A stretch of DNA of 64,000 nt from Aureliella sp. (GTDB lineage: Bacteria > Planctomycetota > Planctomycetia > Pirellulales > Pirellulaceae), in NCBI GenBank assembly GCA_963691875.1, contig OY829846.1, forward strand, positions 3,648,001 to 3,712,000, written 5' to 3'. Below are positions 27,928-38,759 of the stretch, in pieces. Both the position numbers and the translations under genes were made by a program. How positions within the stretch are numbered: the first letter of the stretch is position 1; each line of letters opens with the position of its first letter. The notes under the pieces were generated by a model. That model saw only the letters and a program-made list of their open reading frames with translations. It did no database searches and was not told where the DNA came from.

Positions 27928-30927
27928 ATGAATCCAATCGTACCTCGGCAGTTCGGCAATCCGCGACGTCATTTGCCTCGATCAGCTAGCAGACTGAGCT
28001 GGCTCGTCATTCTGATTCTGAGCTTGTTCTGCTCGGCGGGGGTGGGGCAAACAACAGACTCTCTGGACAAAGATTACTCCGCGGAGCTGCCTCGATTCGA
28101 GCCATTGAGTCCAGAGCAAGCGATTGAGAGTCTGGAAGTACTCGATGGCTTCCGCGTCGAGCTGGTGGCGTCAGAGCCCTTGATTGTCGATCCTATTGCT
28201 TTTGCATTTGACGCCCGCAGCCGCCTGTTCGTCGTCGAAATGCGAGACTACAGCGAGCAAGACAAAGAGCACCTAGGACGCATCGCATTGCTGACCGATA
28301 CCGACGGTGATGGCAAAATGGACCACCGCAGCACTTTTGTTGATGGCCTTTCCTGGCCAACCGCTGTTCACCCGTGGCGCGACGGAGTGATCGTTTCCGC
28401 GCCGCCCAGAATGACTTGGTTTCGCGACACGGACGATGATGGCAAAGCGGATCAGTCTGAAGTCTGGTTCGACGGCTTTGGTCGTAGTAATGTACAAGGC
28501 ATGACCAACAGCCTGCGTTGGGGCGTAGACTGTTTCCTGCATGGAGCCACCAGCAGTACGGGCGCTAACCTGCGTTCCAGCAATCAACCTGCGCAGACTT
28601 TGCGTCGAACCGACTTCGCAATTGATCCCTTGGAAAAGACTCTACATCCAGTCAGCGGCGGTGGGCAACATGGCCTGAGCTTCAATCGCTGGGGCGACAA
28701 GTTTGTCACCAGCAACAGCGATCACTTGCAGCAAGTCGTCGACATGCACAGTTGGCTTGCTTCACATCCACTCAAAGTGACGATGCCTGGCCTTCGGAGG
28801 AGTATCGCCCTGGATGGCCAGCAAGCAGAAGTATTTCGGGCCAGCCCGGTCGAAGCTTGGCGCATCGTCCGAACTCGCTTGCGAGTGGGGGGCATCGTCG
28901 GGGGACCAGTCGAAGGCGGAGGCCGAGCAGCTGGTTACTTTACAGGCGCGACGGGCACTTGGATCGCCGACAACGAGGCAGGCTTTAGTCTTGATTCCGA
29001 GGATGCGGCGCTCGTATGCGACGTTGGTAGCAACTTGATCCATCGCAAATCGCTTAAGGACAATGGCTTGTACTGGGAGGCGGATCGGGTAGACGCAGAA
29101 GTCGAACTCTTGCGGTCCACCGACACCTGGTTTCGCCCTGTTCAACTTGGCGATGGCCCAGACGGGGCGGTTTACATCGCAGACATGTATCGCGAAGTGA
29201 TCGAGCACCCGAAGAGCTTGCCGGACGTAATCAAGAAACATCTGGATCTCACTTCAGGACGAGATCGTGGGAGGATCTGGCGCCTCGTTCCCAATTCATC
29301 GCGACTTCCTAAGCTCAGTTCGGTCAATATGACACAATTGAAGGAAGCGGAACTGCTCGACGAACTTGCAAGTCCGATTGCTTGGCGGCGAAGAACGGCC
29401 AGCCAGTTACTGGTAGAGCGTGGTTTTGAGGGCAAGCAGAATCTGCTGAAGGTTGCCGTGAAAGCAAAGCGTCCAGAGGCTCGGGTTTTGGCCATGCACG
29501 TCGCTAGCCGACTGCAGTACTTCGATGCAAATTGGGCGAAACAATTATTGCAAGATAGAAACACCCGAGTGCAAGAACATGCGCTAAAACTGATCCGAGC
29601 AAACGAGCTCGGAAACCAACTCTCAGCGGAGCTCACACAATTCACTCAAGAGATGATCCACGAGAGCCAAGTTGCGCCAGCGAGGGTTAGTCTCGAGTTA
29701 GCAATGCTGACCGCAGACTTTGACATGAAAACCAAGTCAGCTGTCCTTCCAACCCTGATGAAGCAGGCTGAATTACCTTTGCTCCGCGCGACACTTGTGG
29801 ATTCAGCTCAATCTTTAGCACCGGACACTGTAATAGAAGGAATGGAACCCGCGGATCTTGGTCAGTGGCTATCCTTGCTGCTCCCATCATGGATCGACCT
29901 TGCTCGCGAAGACGAACAGCTGCTCAGCTGGCTGGCTGAGCAATTGCTCTTGCCGGATACTTTGGCCGCAGCAGTTTGGATTGAAGCCATATCTCGTGTC
30001 AGCAGCTCACAATACAAGTTGGTTTGCCAGATACTCGGACAGGAGCAGAGAGCCAAACTATGCGACCGGATTCTCGCAAGCGTAGAAAAACAACCCAAAA
30101 AGTTCTTATGGCTCAAGCTACTTCCTACCGAAGACCAGACCGCTTGGATCAAGCAACAACTGAATCCTGGAAACCCAATCGCTTCGCAGTTCCACGCAAT
30201 CGAATTATTGGACTCGGCTAACCATCCGCAGACAGCTTCGACACTCATCAGCAGCTTTCCCCAATTGACCCCGAGCCTTCAGCGACGCGCATTGCAGATC
30301 CTGATCAGTCGAGCCGATTGTACTGCGGCGCTTCTTCAAGCAATCGAAAACCAGACGATTCGGCCCAACCAAATTGATGCTGAAGCCAGAGGCCTGCTTC
30401 GCTCTTCGCGTGATCGCGATGTTGCTTCGCGTGCCAAAGCATTGTTCGGTTCCGCATCGGCCGACCGGAGTGAGATCTTGCGAAAGTACCAAGATGTATT
30501 GAACTCAGTTCGGGATCTGGAGCCGGCAGAAACACTGGAGGCAGGAAAGAAGCACTTTGAAAAATCTTGCTCACAGTGCCATCAAGTAGCTGGCTTGGGC
30601 AGCAATGTTGGCGCGCCACTGAAGCAACTAGGTGAAAAGACGCATGAGCAACTATTGACTGCCATTTTAGATCCAAACCGGGAAGTCGATCCACGATTTC
30701 AAGCTTACTCAGTGCTTGCCGATGGCAAGACACTTGCGGGAGTAATTGAAAGTGAGAGTGCTTCTCAGATTGTCCTTGTCGAGTCGGGTGGTACAAGGCA
30801 CCAGATCCTACGGGAGCACATCGAACTTCTGCACAATCAAGGCAAGTCGCTGATGCCAGTTGGGTTGGAAGACCAATTGACTCCCAAGCAGATGCTGCAG
30901 CTGATTTACTTCCTACAGAACCACTAG
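27928..30927 (+). CDS. PVC-type haem-binding CxxCH protein (dehydrogenase-like propeller + HEAT-like repeats + cytochrome c)
   Basis: GFRVELVASEP.IVDP, WFRPV, GPDGA.YIADMYR..IEHP, GRDRGRIWR, C-terminal CSQCH, ILDPNREV and SLMPVGLE. Confidence 0.88.
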   Translation: MNPIVPRQFGNPRRHLPRSASRLSWLVILILSLFCSAGVGQTTDSLDKDYSAELPRFEPLSPEQAIESLEVLDGFRVELVASEPLIVDPIAFAFDARSRLFVVEMRDYSEQDKEHLGRIALLTDTDGDGKMDHRSTFVDGLSWPTAVHPWRDGVIVSAPPRMTWFRDTDDDGKADQSEVWFDGFGRSNVQGMTNSLRWGVDCFLHGATSSTGANLRSSNQPAQTLRRTDFAIDPLEKTLHPVSGGGQHGLSFNRWGDKFVTSNSDHLQQVVDMHSWLASHPLKVTMPGLRRSIALDGQQAEVFRASPVEAWRIVRTRLRVGGIVGGPVEGGGRAAGYFTGATGTWIADNEAGFSLDSEDAALVCDVGSNLIHRKSLKDNGLYWEADRVDAEVELLRSTDTWFRPVQLGDGPDGAVYIADMYREVIEHPKSLPDVIKKHLDLTSGRDRGRIWRLVPNSSRLPKLSSVNMTQLKEAELLDELASPIAWRRRTASQLLVERGFEGKQNLLKVAVKAKRPEARVLAMHVASRLQYFDANWAKQLLQDRNTRVQEHALKLIRANELGNQLSAELTQFTQEMIHESQVAPARVSLELAMLTADFDMKTKSAVLPTLMKQAELPLLRATLVDSAQSLAPDTVIEGMEPADLGQWLSLLLPSWIDLAREDEQLLSWLAEQLLLPDTLAAAVWIEAISRVSSSQYKLVCQILGQEQRAKLCDRILASVEKQPKKFLWLKLLPTEDQTAWIKQQLNPGNPIASQFHAIELLDSANHPQTASTLISSFPQLTPSLQRRALQILISRADCTAALLQAIENQTIRPNQIDAEARGLLRSSRDRDVASRAKALFGSASADRSEILRKYQDVLNSVRDLEPAETLEAGKKHFEKSCSQCHQVAGLGSNVGAPLKQLGEKTHEQLLTAILDPNREVDPRFQAYSVLADGKTLAGVIESESASQIVLVESGGTRHQILREHIELLHNQGKSLMPVGLEDQLTPKQMLQLIYFLQNH

Positions 30928-31122
30928 TGAAGAATCGCCAGGACGACTTTGAGTTTCACCTCGCGCGAGATGTTCTTCTGGTACCCTGAATCGTTAGCGA
31001 GGAATCAGCTTTCCCTAGCTATTGCTTCGAATTTACAAAATGCGCTGATTCGAATCATGATTGACCTTAACGAATCGCCAGGCAAATTGTGAGTTCCTAA
31101 GTGCTCTGCTAAATTGAGGCCC

Positions 31123-32889
31123 ATGCGAAAAGGAATAGCCGTTTCTCCCGGGGTCACGATTGGCAATGCTTATTGCATTCATGAGGTTTTCGTCGACCCT
31201 GATCGATCACGACTTGAAGCCAGCGAAGTAGCTGCTGAGCTGGCGAAGTTCGAGAATGCGCGAAAGCAATCGATCCGCGATCTGCGAGCACTGCAGAGTA
31301 AAGTTGAGAACCAAGTTAGCCGTGAGGCAGCAGCAATCTTTGCCGTGCATGTGGCGATACTAAACGATTCCACATTGGTCGGGAAAATTCGATCTTGGAT
31401 CGGTGACGACCGGCTAAGTGCTCCCGCCGCTCTGGCCAAGCTTGTCGAATATTACCGCGAATTGTTTCATCGGTCACAGGACGAATACCTAAAGGAGCGG
31501 CTGGCCGACATTCGCGATGTAATCGAACGCATGACCGGTTTCTTGAGTCCTGCCCTGGAAAATGAGTCGAACCCACTTTCTGGCCCAACCATTGTCATCG
31601 CCGACGAGTTGCTACCGAGCCAAGTCGTAATGCTGGGCGACAAACCGGTTCATGGGATCGTTACGCAGGCCGGTAGCCAAACCAGCCACGCAGCCATCGT
31701 TGCGCGGAGTCGCGGTATTCCGGCGGTGAGCGGTGTCGCGGGAGTACTACGACAAACGAAAACGGGCGATACAGTAATCGTCGATGGTCGCGAAGGCCAT
31801 GTGATTGTAAATCCTGAGCCGGAAGTCTTATCTGCTTACAAGAAGCTAGAACGCGAGTTCTTTGACTTGCAGAATCAGCTGGCTCACAACCGAGATCAGC
31901 AGGCCAGAACAGCAGATGGTATTTCACTTGACTTGATGGCCAACATCAACGGAGTATCTGACGCTCAAAGTGCGACAGCGATGGGCGCCGCAGGGATCGG
32001 GCTGTACCGCACCGAATACCTGTATCTAACGCACTCAAGTGTTCCATGCGAGGAAGAACAGCTAGAAATTTATCGTGATGTCATCACGAATAGCCCTGAC
32101 GGACGCGTGACCATTCGCACGCTAGATATCGGAGGCGACAAGACCGTGCCCTTCTTGGGTCGCGGCCAGCGTGAAGCCAATCCTTTCATGGGCTGGCGCA
32201 GTATTCGACTATCCTTTGAGCACCCGCAATTCTTCTTGACTCAGATTCGCGCCATCATGCGTTGCGCTGCGAGCGGATCAAGAGAAGAACTATGCGATGT
32301 CAAGATGATGTTCCCGATGGTCACCAACGTAGAAGAGCTTCGTCGGCTACGGACTTTTGTTCGCAAAGCAGAACAACAATTGAAGCAGGAAGAAAAGCCT
32401 TACGGGAAAGTTGCTTTTGGGATGATGCTGGAAGTGCCTGCTGCAGCCATCATGATGGACCGCTTGCTTCCTCTGGTCGACTTTGTCAGCATTGGCTCGA
32501 ACGACCTGGTCCAGTACTTGATGGCCGCAGATCGCGACAACCCAAAGGTCAGTCATCTGTGCCAGCCACTTTCTCCAGCGGTGATTCGCATCCTAGAATC
32601 CGTGGTTGAAACATGCAACCGCGAAGGTAAACCCGTGACACTCTGCGGCGAGATGGCGGGTCAGCCTCAAGCTTTTGTTCTGCTGCTTGGGATGGGGCTG
32701 CGGCGGTTTAGCATGAGCCCAGCTTTTGTTCCTACCATCAAGGAACTCGCCGCGCAAGTTTCACTCAGCAAATGTAGGGAGCTGCTTGGGCTCGCTAAAA
32801 AGCAGAATACCACCCGGCGAATTCATAGCTTGCTGACCAAGGAACTTAGCCAACTTGCTCCGCAGCTCCGGCCAGTTCTGATGCAGTAG
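31123..32889 (+). CDS. ptsP: Phosphoenolpyruvate-protein phosphotransferase (PTS enzyme I)
   Basis: GIAVSPG, TSHAAIVARS (phospho-His), GIGLYRTEYL, RTLDIGGDK, EANPFMGWRSIR, SIGSNDLVQY and LCGEMAG. Confidence 0.93.
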   Translation: MRKGIAVSPGVTIGNAYCIHEVFVDPDRSRLEASEVAAELAKFENARKQSIRDLRALQSKVENQVSREAAAIFAVHVAILNDSTLVGKIRSWIGDDRLSAPAALAKLVEYYRELFHRSQDEYLKERLADIRDVIERMTGFLSPALENESNPLSGPTIVIADELLPSQVVMLGDKPVHGIVTQAGSQTSHAAIVARSRGIPAVSGVAGVLRQTKTGDTVIVDGREGHVIVNPEPEVLSAYKKLEREFFDLQNQLAHNRDQQARTADGISLDLMANINGVSDAQSATAMGAAGIGLYRTEYLYLTHSSVPCEEEQLEIYRDVITNSPDGRVTIRTLDIGGDKTVPFLGRGQREANPFMGWRSIRLSFEHPQFFLTQIRAIMRCAASGSREELCDVKMMFPMVTNVEELRRLRTFVRKAEQQLKQEEKPYGKVAFGMMLEVPAAAIMMDRLLPLVDFVSIGSNDLVQYLMAADRDNPKVSHLCQPLSPAVIRILESVVETCNREGKPVTLCGEMAGQPQAFVLLLGMGLRRFSMSPAFVPTIKELAAQVSLSKCRELLGLAKKQNTTRRIHSLLTKELSQLAPQLRPVLMQ

Positions 32890-32935
32890 GGAAAAGCCGG
32901 GGCCACCCTGGTAGCCCAAGCGGTTGCGACCGTCG

Positions 32936-34048
32936 CTAGTAGTCCACTGTGAACAAGATTGGCTTGTGATCAGACCCGGGCGACGAAGATAGAACTTCGC
33001 GGGAGATGATTTGGCACTTGTCATTGTGCAAAACGTGGTCAATCGGGATTCCCAATGGGCCTAGGCTAGCAGGCCATGAGGCCATATTTCCGAGCCCCAC
33101 ACGTGTATCCCGCAATCCTGCATCGAGTAGTTCTTGGAACCCTGGAGCCCAAGGCGTGATATTGAGATCTCCGCACAAACAAACCGCATCGGAGTTCGTT
33201 GAAGTCCAGCTGGCTACAGACTTCAGTTGCAGATCTCGGCCGCGTGAGCGATAAGTAGGAATGGGTGAAAGAGTGTGCATTCCAACCAACTGAAGCGGTG
33301 CATCCCCATGCTTGGTCCCCGGCAGCGTAGCAACAATTGCTGGTTGCCGTGGCTGGCCAAAGTCCTCGAAACGTAGCTGGGTATCTTCAAGTTTGCTCAG
33401 CACTGCGATACCTTCTCCGCCCCAACTGTACTTCTCAAGCTGAATTGGATAGAGATAGCGAAGCTCTTCGAACATCCCTTTGAGACTTGGGCTTACCTCG
33501 TAGAGCACCACTACATCTGCAGCCTGATTCTGAAGCAGTGATTTGATTTCGTCCAACTGCTGATTGGCAGACAGAATATTCCAGCTGAGAACTTGGAGTT
33601 GTGTTTTGCCTTGTGCAGATGGACTTGCAGCAGGCATCAACGTCCAGGGCTGAACAGATAACAGCAATATCCCACAGCTTGCAACCATCACGGCACTCAT
33701 GATGAACCGTCGGAAGAACAACAGCCCGGGCAACAGCAGCAAGACAAACCCAATAACATGTAACGAGAAGTGACTGGCTAGTTCTAGCACAGGGCTTAGC
33801 CGACCGAGCAAGTGACAGGCCACTTGGATGCTAACAGCGATACCAAGCCAGAAACAAACAGCGCTACAAAAGACGCGGATCTTCGTCTTTCTTCCATCGA
33901 CACGATGCTTGAGAGGATGCTTACTTTGGGATCGTTGCAGATCAGCCGCTTTGCTTGTTCTCGAATGAGCTCTAGACGGCGCCGTGCCCGAAAGGATCTT
34001 AGACGCTTCCTGAGTCTTTGATGAAATTGATTCTAATGCCATTTTCAA
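32936..34048 (-). CDS. Membrane-anchored endonuclease/exonuclease/phosphatase family protein (true start probably downstream of 34048)
   Basis: Three N-terminal TM segments, VLSWNI, DVVVLYE, GDLNITPW, PIDHVL and GSDHKP. Confidence 0.85.
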   Translation of the reverse strand: MKMALESISSKTQEASKILSGTAPSRAHSRTSKAADLQRSQSKHPLKHRVDGRKTKIRVFCSAVCFWLGIAVSIQVACHLLGRLSPVLELASHFSLHVIGFVLLLLPGLLFFRRFIMSAVMVASCGILLLSVQPWTLMPAASPSAQGKTQLQVLSWNILSANQQLDEIKSLLQNQAADVVVLYEVSPSLKGMFEELRYLYPIQLEKYSWGGEGIAVLSKLEDTQLRFEDFGQPRQPAIVATLPGTKHGDAPLQLVGMHTLSPIPTYRSRGRDLQLKSVASWTSTNSDAVCLCGDLNITPWAPGFQELLDAGLRDTRVGLGNMASWPASLGPLGIPIDHVLHNDKCQIISREVLSSSPGSDHKPILFTVDY

Positions 34049-34309
34049 AGAAGAGCTCCCGTTCGCAGCAGCCGGTTGCTTTTGCGAAGAGGAGATGGGA
34101 AATGCGTCAAATTGTGGAAGTGCCTGTATTCAGGCCAAAATCCAGCAGATAGACTAACCAAACTTCTCAACACTCCTTTTGCCAACACTTACCTCTCCAT
34201 TCTGTTTACTTGTTGCGAAAAACCAAGTTTCTATGAGGCCAACGCATATGGAATGGCCATAAACGGTAGCCACAAGTCCCACCATCACCCACGAAATAGG
34301 GAGTTTCTA

Positions 34310-34990
34310 ATGTTCAAAACCCTCCTAATTATCCTCATCGCTGCAACCCTTTGCAATTTCGGGCATGCCCAAAGCAGCTTCACGGAAATTTTTAACGGGA
34401 AGGATTTATCGGGCTGGAAAGGAAACCCAAAACTTTGGTCCGTGGAGGATGGCGCAATCACGGGCACAACGACCACAGACAATCCCCTCAAGTTCAATAC
34501 CTTTCTGATTTGGGAAGGAGAAGTGGCTGACTTCGTCTTGGAGCTAGATTACCGCATCGGTGAACAAGGCAACTCCGGTATCCAATACCGCAGCACCGTC
34601 AAGGATGCGGATAAGTTCATCGTAGGTGGCTATCAGGCTGACATCGATGCAACGATGAAGTTCGCTGGAATCAACTACGAGGAGAGGGGCCGAGGAATCT
34701 TGGCTCAGCGCGGACAACGTGTCACGATCGACGGCAAGGGCAAGAAGAAGCCTGAGAAGTTTGCCGACGCAACCGAACTTGGAAGCAAGATCAAGAAAGC
34801 AGATTGGAATCGCTACAAAGTAATTGCCCGAGGCAATAAGGTGAGTCACTACATCAATGATGAGCTGATGTCAGAAGTTATCGACTCCCAGAAAGATAAA
34901 GCGGCAATGAAAGGCATTCTTGCCTTCCAGATTCATACCGGGCCGCCAATGAAGATCCAATTCAAGAACGTGAAGCTCAAAAAGCTTTAG
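34310..34990 (+). CDS. DUF1080 / 3-keto-disaccharide hydrolase-like secreted protein
   Basis: Signal peptide, IFNGKDLSGWKG, WSVEDGAI, NSGIQYRS, GYQADID, WNRY.V and G..AFQIH.G. Confidence 0.88.
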   Translation: MFKTLLIILIAATLCNFGHAQSSFTEIFNGKDLSGWKGNPKLWSVEDGAITGTTTTDNPLKFNTFLIWEGEVADFVLELDYRIGEQGNSGIQYRSTVKDADKFIVGGYQADIDATMKFAGINYEERGRGILAQRGQRVTIDGKGKKKPEKFADATELGSKIKKADWNRYKVIARGNKVSHYINDELMSEVIDSQKDKAAMKGILAFQIHTGPPMKIQFKNVKLKKL

Positions 34991-35037
34991 AACAATCACG
35001 TTAACCAGCATGCCAAGCTCGGTAAGCAACACAAACC

Positions 35038-35075
35038 CAAAAAAAAATGCCCTCAATCAATGCGGGGGTTTTTTG
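35038..35075. terminator. Possible bidirectional intrinsic terminator
   Basis: An A-tract, an imperfect GC stem (TGCCCTCA...TGCGGGGG) and a T-tract lie between two convergent genes. Confidence 0.45.
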
Positions 35076-35303
35076 TTAACCTTTGCCATGTGGATGATGC
35101 GTTTTCCAATGCTTCATGGCAGGTTTGATGGTTCGCATCTCAACCCAATGACCATGAGTCTTGGCATCGCTGGAAAGCAGTGTGTCAGGATCTATCTCGC
35201 CTGACTCAATGCGAACCAGGATGTTTTGCTCAGAAATAGGACCGACACGCTTCCGCCTGCGGAAGAAGCCGCCCTTCTGAATGAAAAACCAGTCTGCTGA
35301 CAT
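35076..35303 (-). CDS. Small GYF_2/DUF4339-like protein
   Basis: WF....G......GPIS...I......GEI.PDTL......HW pattern, typical of GYF_2 domains. Confidence 0.6.
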   Translation of the reverse strand: MSADWFFIQKGGFFRRRKRVGPISEQNILVRIESGEIDPDTLLSSDAKTHGHWVEMRTIKPAMKHWKTHHPHGKG

Positions 35304-35652
35304 TCGGTTCTCCCCTTCGTAAGGTGGGACTGGGAGGAGTACAACCGTGTACCTGTGGGTTCAGCTGCCCAAGGCAGTATGTAGACGTTGTCGACACCGA
35401 TCTATGACCGTCCAACCACCTAGAGCACTGAAATTGATTCGGTGAGTTTGCTCTCTTAATACTGCTTTCAGTATCTAGAATCAATGGAAAAACTTTACCA
35501 AATCTTAAATTACTGCCGCTGGGTGGTCCCAAACACAAGCAAAATAGTCCTGTAGGGTGTGAAGCAGGTGCAAATTCCCTAACTAATCAACACGTCCTTC
35601 CTCACTTGCAAAGCCTTCCTCAGTTTTAGGAGCAGCCCAGTTTCGCAAGTCG

Positions 35653-36609
35653 CTAGTCGTTGTCGCCCATCAACATACCGCCTAGCCCGCCAAGATTGTC
35701 GAGGACCGAGCTCTCGCCCTTTCCTGAATCTGCACCGGTAGAAAACCGTCTGGCTAAACGTGCAAAGGGCAAACTTTGCAGCCATATTGGGCCTGGCCCG
35801 GTCAACGTCGCGAATACAAATCCCTCTCCGCCGAACAACCCACTCTTGATGCTGCCATTGAACTGAATGTCATAGTTGACCGATGGCCCTAGCGCGACAA
35901 TACAACCAGTATCGACTCGCAAGGTCTCACCTGGCGCCAGTTCCCGGTGCATCATCGTGCCACAAGCATGGATCAGCGCGATCCCGTCACCAACTAGTTT
36001 CTGCATAATGAAGCCTTCTCCACCCAGCAATCCAGCACCGATTTTTTTCTGAAACGCGATCGAGATCTCAATCCCCTTGGCTCCAGCAAGAAATGAATCA
36101 CGCTGTGCGATAATTTCACCGCCAAGCTGATCCAAATGCAAAGCTTCGATTCGCCCCGGATAAGGTGCACCAAAGGCAACCGTCTCGCGCGCATGTGCGA
36201 TATTGGAGAACACAGTCATAAACAGCGACTCGCCAGTAAGCACTCGCTTACCAGCAGACATCATCTTGCCCCAAAAACTGTCCCCCTTCTTGCTTGGATC
36301 GCCAAAGACCGTTTCCATCTGGATACCGGCTGACATGTACATCATCGCACCCGCTTCAGCTATGACCGCCTCGCCCGGATCCAGGACGATCTCAGCGTAC
36401 TGCATGTCATCACCGAAGATCTGATAATCGATCTCGTCTGCGATGCGTGTGCCGGAGCCAAGTTCCATCACAGTTGGTTCAACTTCGCCAGCTGACTGCG
36501 CCTTGAAGACATCTCCGCACTTCTGGCACCTCACTTGCTTGCCCATATTTTCGGGAGCAATTCGATACTGCATTTGGCAATAAGGACAAGCAATTGTTTC
36601 CATTTTCAT
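35653..36609 (-). CDS. TIGR00266/AIM24 family protein with N-terminal zinc ribbon
   Basis: CPYC-x17-CQKC ribbon, then DYQIFGDDMQ, AEAGAM, KRVLTGESLF, GGEGFIMQKL and GPGPIWLQSLPF. Confidence 0.88.
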   Translation of the reverse strand: MKMETIACPYCQMQYRIAPENMGKQVRCQKCGDVFKAQSAGEVEPTVMELGSGTRIADEIDYQIFGDDMQYAEIVLDPGEAVIAEAGAMMYMSAGIQMETVFGDPSKKGDSFWGKMMSAGKRVLTGESLFMTVFSNIAHARETVAFGAPYPGRIEALHLDQLGGEIIAQRDSFLAGAKGIEISIAFQKKIGAGLLGGEGFIMQKLVGDGIALIHACGTMMHRELAPGETLRVDTGCIVALGPSVNYDIQFNGSIKSGLFGGEGFVFATLTGPGPIWLQSLPFARLARRFSTGADSGKGESSVLDNLGGLGGMLMGDND

Positions 36610-36677
36610 ACTTTCAGTTCGAGGATATCAGCCGGTGAACCTGTCTTATGCTGAGAGTCCGTAGTTTGCGGACCGAA

Positions 36678-38114
36678 TCAATCGAATCTCTCGATCACCC
36701 GCTTGGTTTCCCAGCGACCACTAAGATAGCGGCTGCCAAAGACGATTCCCATAGCGGTAACCCAGCCAGCCACAACATACCACCAGAGCAACAGACTGGG
36801 GCCTAGATATTCCTGGCACATAATTCCCGCTATCACGGCGCCAGCAGACACTAGAATGGTTGCTAGCAGCACATACCAGGTGTCTCCAGCGCCCTTAATT
36901 GCACCCACGAAAACTACCTGCAAACCGTCCAAAATACAGTAAACAGCAATGATTCGCAGCAAAGGAATCAACATAGGTCGAATCTGCTCAAATCTTTGGG
37001 TAGAGGTGCCCCAGGAGTAAACCGAAATCACTTGTTCCGGTGCAATACCCAGATACAAAGCAAATGCCGATGTATAGAGTAGTGTCACAACGAGAGCGGA
37101 GCGAACTGTACGTTTAGCGAGGTCCAATCGACCTTCCGTGACTCTTTGACCTACCAAGACCCCCAAGCCGATGCCAAGTCCGATCATCGGTACAAATGCG
37201 AGAACGTTCAGCCCCAAGGCGAGAGTCGTTGCAGCCATCTCAAGCTCGCCGAGATTCCCGACTTGAAGCATAATCACTGAAAAGCATCCCGCCTCAGCCA
37301 ACAACTGCAAGCCTGCGGGCCCACCATAAATGAACAACCGACGCAGCGTACTCGGTTCCCATGCATGCCATGTGCCTAGTTCATACTGTTTCCAGAGACC
37401 CATATCGCGCCGTAGCAACCACATGGCAATTGGGATTTTCAACCAAAAGGAAGCAGCTGTTGCGATCGCGGCACCACTCAATCCCATCTCAGGAATCGAG
37501 CCACATCCGAAGATGAGAAGAAAGTCGAGCACCAGATTAAGAACTGTGCCTGCCGCATCGATGGCCAACACCGTTGCAGTGCGTTCCTGCCCCGTCAGCA
37601 GACCACTCTGCACACTGTAAAACAAGACACCAATCCCGCCGAACAATAGGATGCGCAGATACTGAGCCTCTAGCTCAACTAGCGTCTCGCTATGATCAGA
37701 CCACCGAAAAATGTCGTCCGCGATCCAAATTGCAAAGAGCATCACTGGCACGAAGATCCAGGCCAGCATGATTGCATGTTGGTAAGCCGCGCCGACGCGT
37801 GATTCCTGACCAGCACCTCGGTATTGCGAAACGAAGGTACTGATATAACCGAGCATCCCCATCGGGAAGCAGATAATCGACCAGTACAAAGCACCGCCGC
37901 CCATCGCGGCGGCGACGGATGTCTCGGAGTGCCAAAACAGCAGGGTGCGATCAGTGAAGAGCGTGATCGATACAAATCCTGCCGAGAGCATAAGCGGCAA
38001 CGCCAGAGCCAATAGACCTCCTGGGCCTCCGGGCGCGTTCCACCACTGGAGAAAGCGAGGAGTTAGCTGTTCTGCGTTAATGTCCTGAGCCTTGCGCGTG
38101 AGAATTCTGGCCAT
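36678..38114 (-). CDS. MATE family efflux transporter
   Basis: About 12 TM helices, LALPL, DRTLL, SQYRGA, N.VLD..LIFG....PEMG..GAAIAT and GA.KGAGDT. Start at MARILT (38114). Confidence 0.9.
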   Translation of the reverse strand: MARILTRKAQDINAEQLTPRFLQWWNAPGGPGGLLALALPLMLSAGFVSITLFTDRTLLFWHSETSVAAAMGGGALYWSIICFPMGMLGYISTFVSQYRGAGQESRVGAAYQHAIMLAWIFVPVMLFAIWIADDIFRWSDHSETLVELEAQYLRILLFGGIGVLFYSVQSGLLTGQERTATVLAIDAAGTVLNLVLDFLLIFGCGSIPEMGLSGAAIATAASFWLKIPIAMWLLRRDMGLWKQYELGTWHAWEPSTLRRLFIYGGPAGLQLLAEAGCFSVIMLQVGNLGELEMAATTLALGLNVLAFVPMIGLGIGLGVLVGQRVTEGRLDLAKRTVRSALVVTLLYTSAFALYLGIAPEQVISVYSWGTSTQRFEQIRPMLIPLLRIIAVYCILDGLQVVFVGAIKGAGDTWYVLLATILVSAGAVIAGIMCQEYLGPSLLLWWYVVAGWVTAMGIVFGSRYLSGRWETKRVIERFD

Positions 38115-38759
38115 CGCTGGCTTTCTATCGGAATACACACTGATCCAGATAGGAGATGTTGGCGGCAGACTATGTTCACTGCTCCGCGCGACTTGGTCCA
38201 GCCCAACAGTTCCCCCTCGAATACCTACGAGCGAACTTTTCCAAACCACGATTTTGAGCAGCTGGCTGTGATGCTTGTGCTGACGTCAACAGAACTTCTT
38301 TGCAAAACCCTAAGCCACCTGAAACACCCTCTAGGGGTATCTTATTTGACTTTCAGCCGTTCCTGGAGAGTGATTCATTAGGTGTTCGAAGGGCGACACG
38401 CTTCGGCGATCACCAATCGCCCAACTCTCGAAAACTCGCGTCCTCGCTCGCGAGGCGCAGGTGACAAGTGTGGCCATGACCGCAACCGGTTGTGAATTAG
38501 GTGCTTAGGCTGTGAGCTCCACAGGAACTCGATAGCGAGTTCGTGGGCAGGTGACTTGGCCGAGATCTGTCTCGAGCCGTAGTCGACTTCTCCGATCGCT
38601 CAACCGATCAGCGCGGAGTGCAGGACGCGATGAACGGAAACTGGACGCCCGGCAACATCGCCGGTGCTACATCTTGCTCAATACTGGCTCGGGAGGTAGC
38701 TCGATATCCATCATTCCATCCAGCGATTTTCGTAACGATGAAAAACGTCACCAGTTGAA

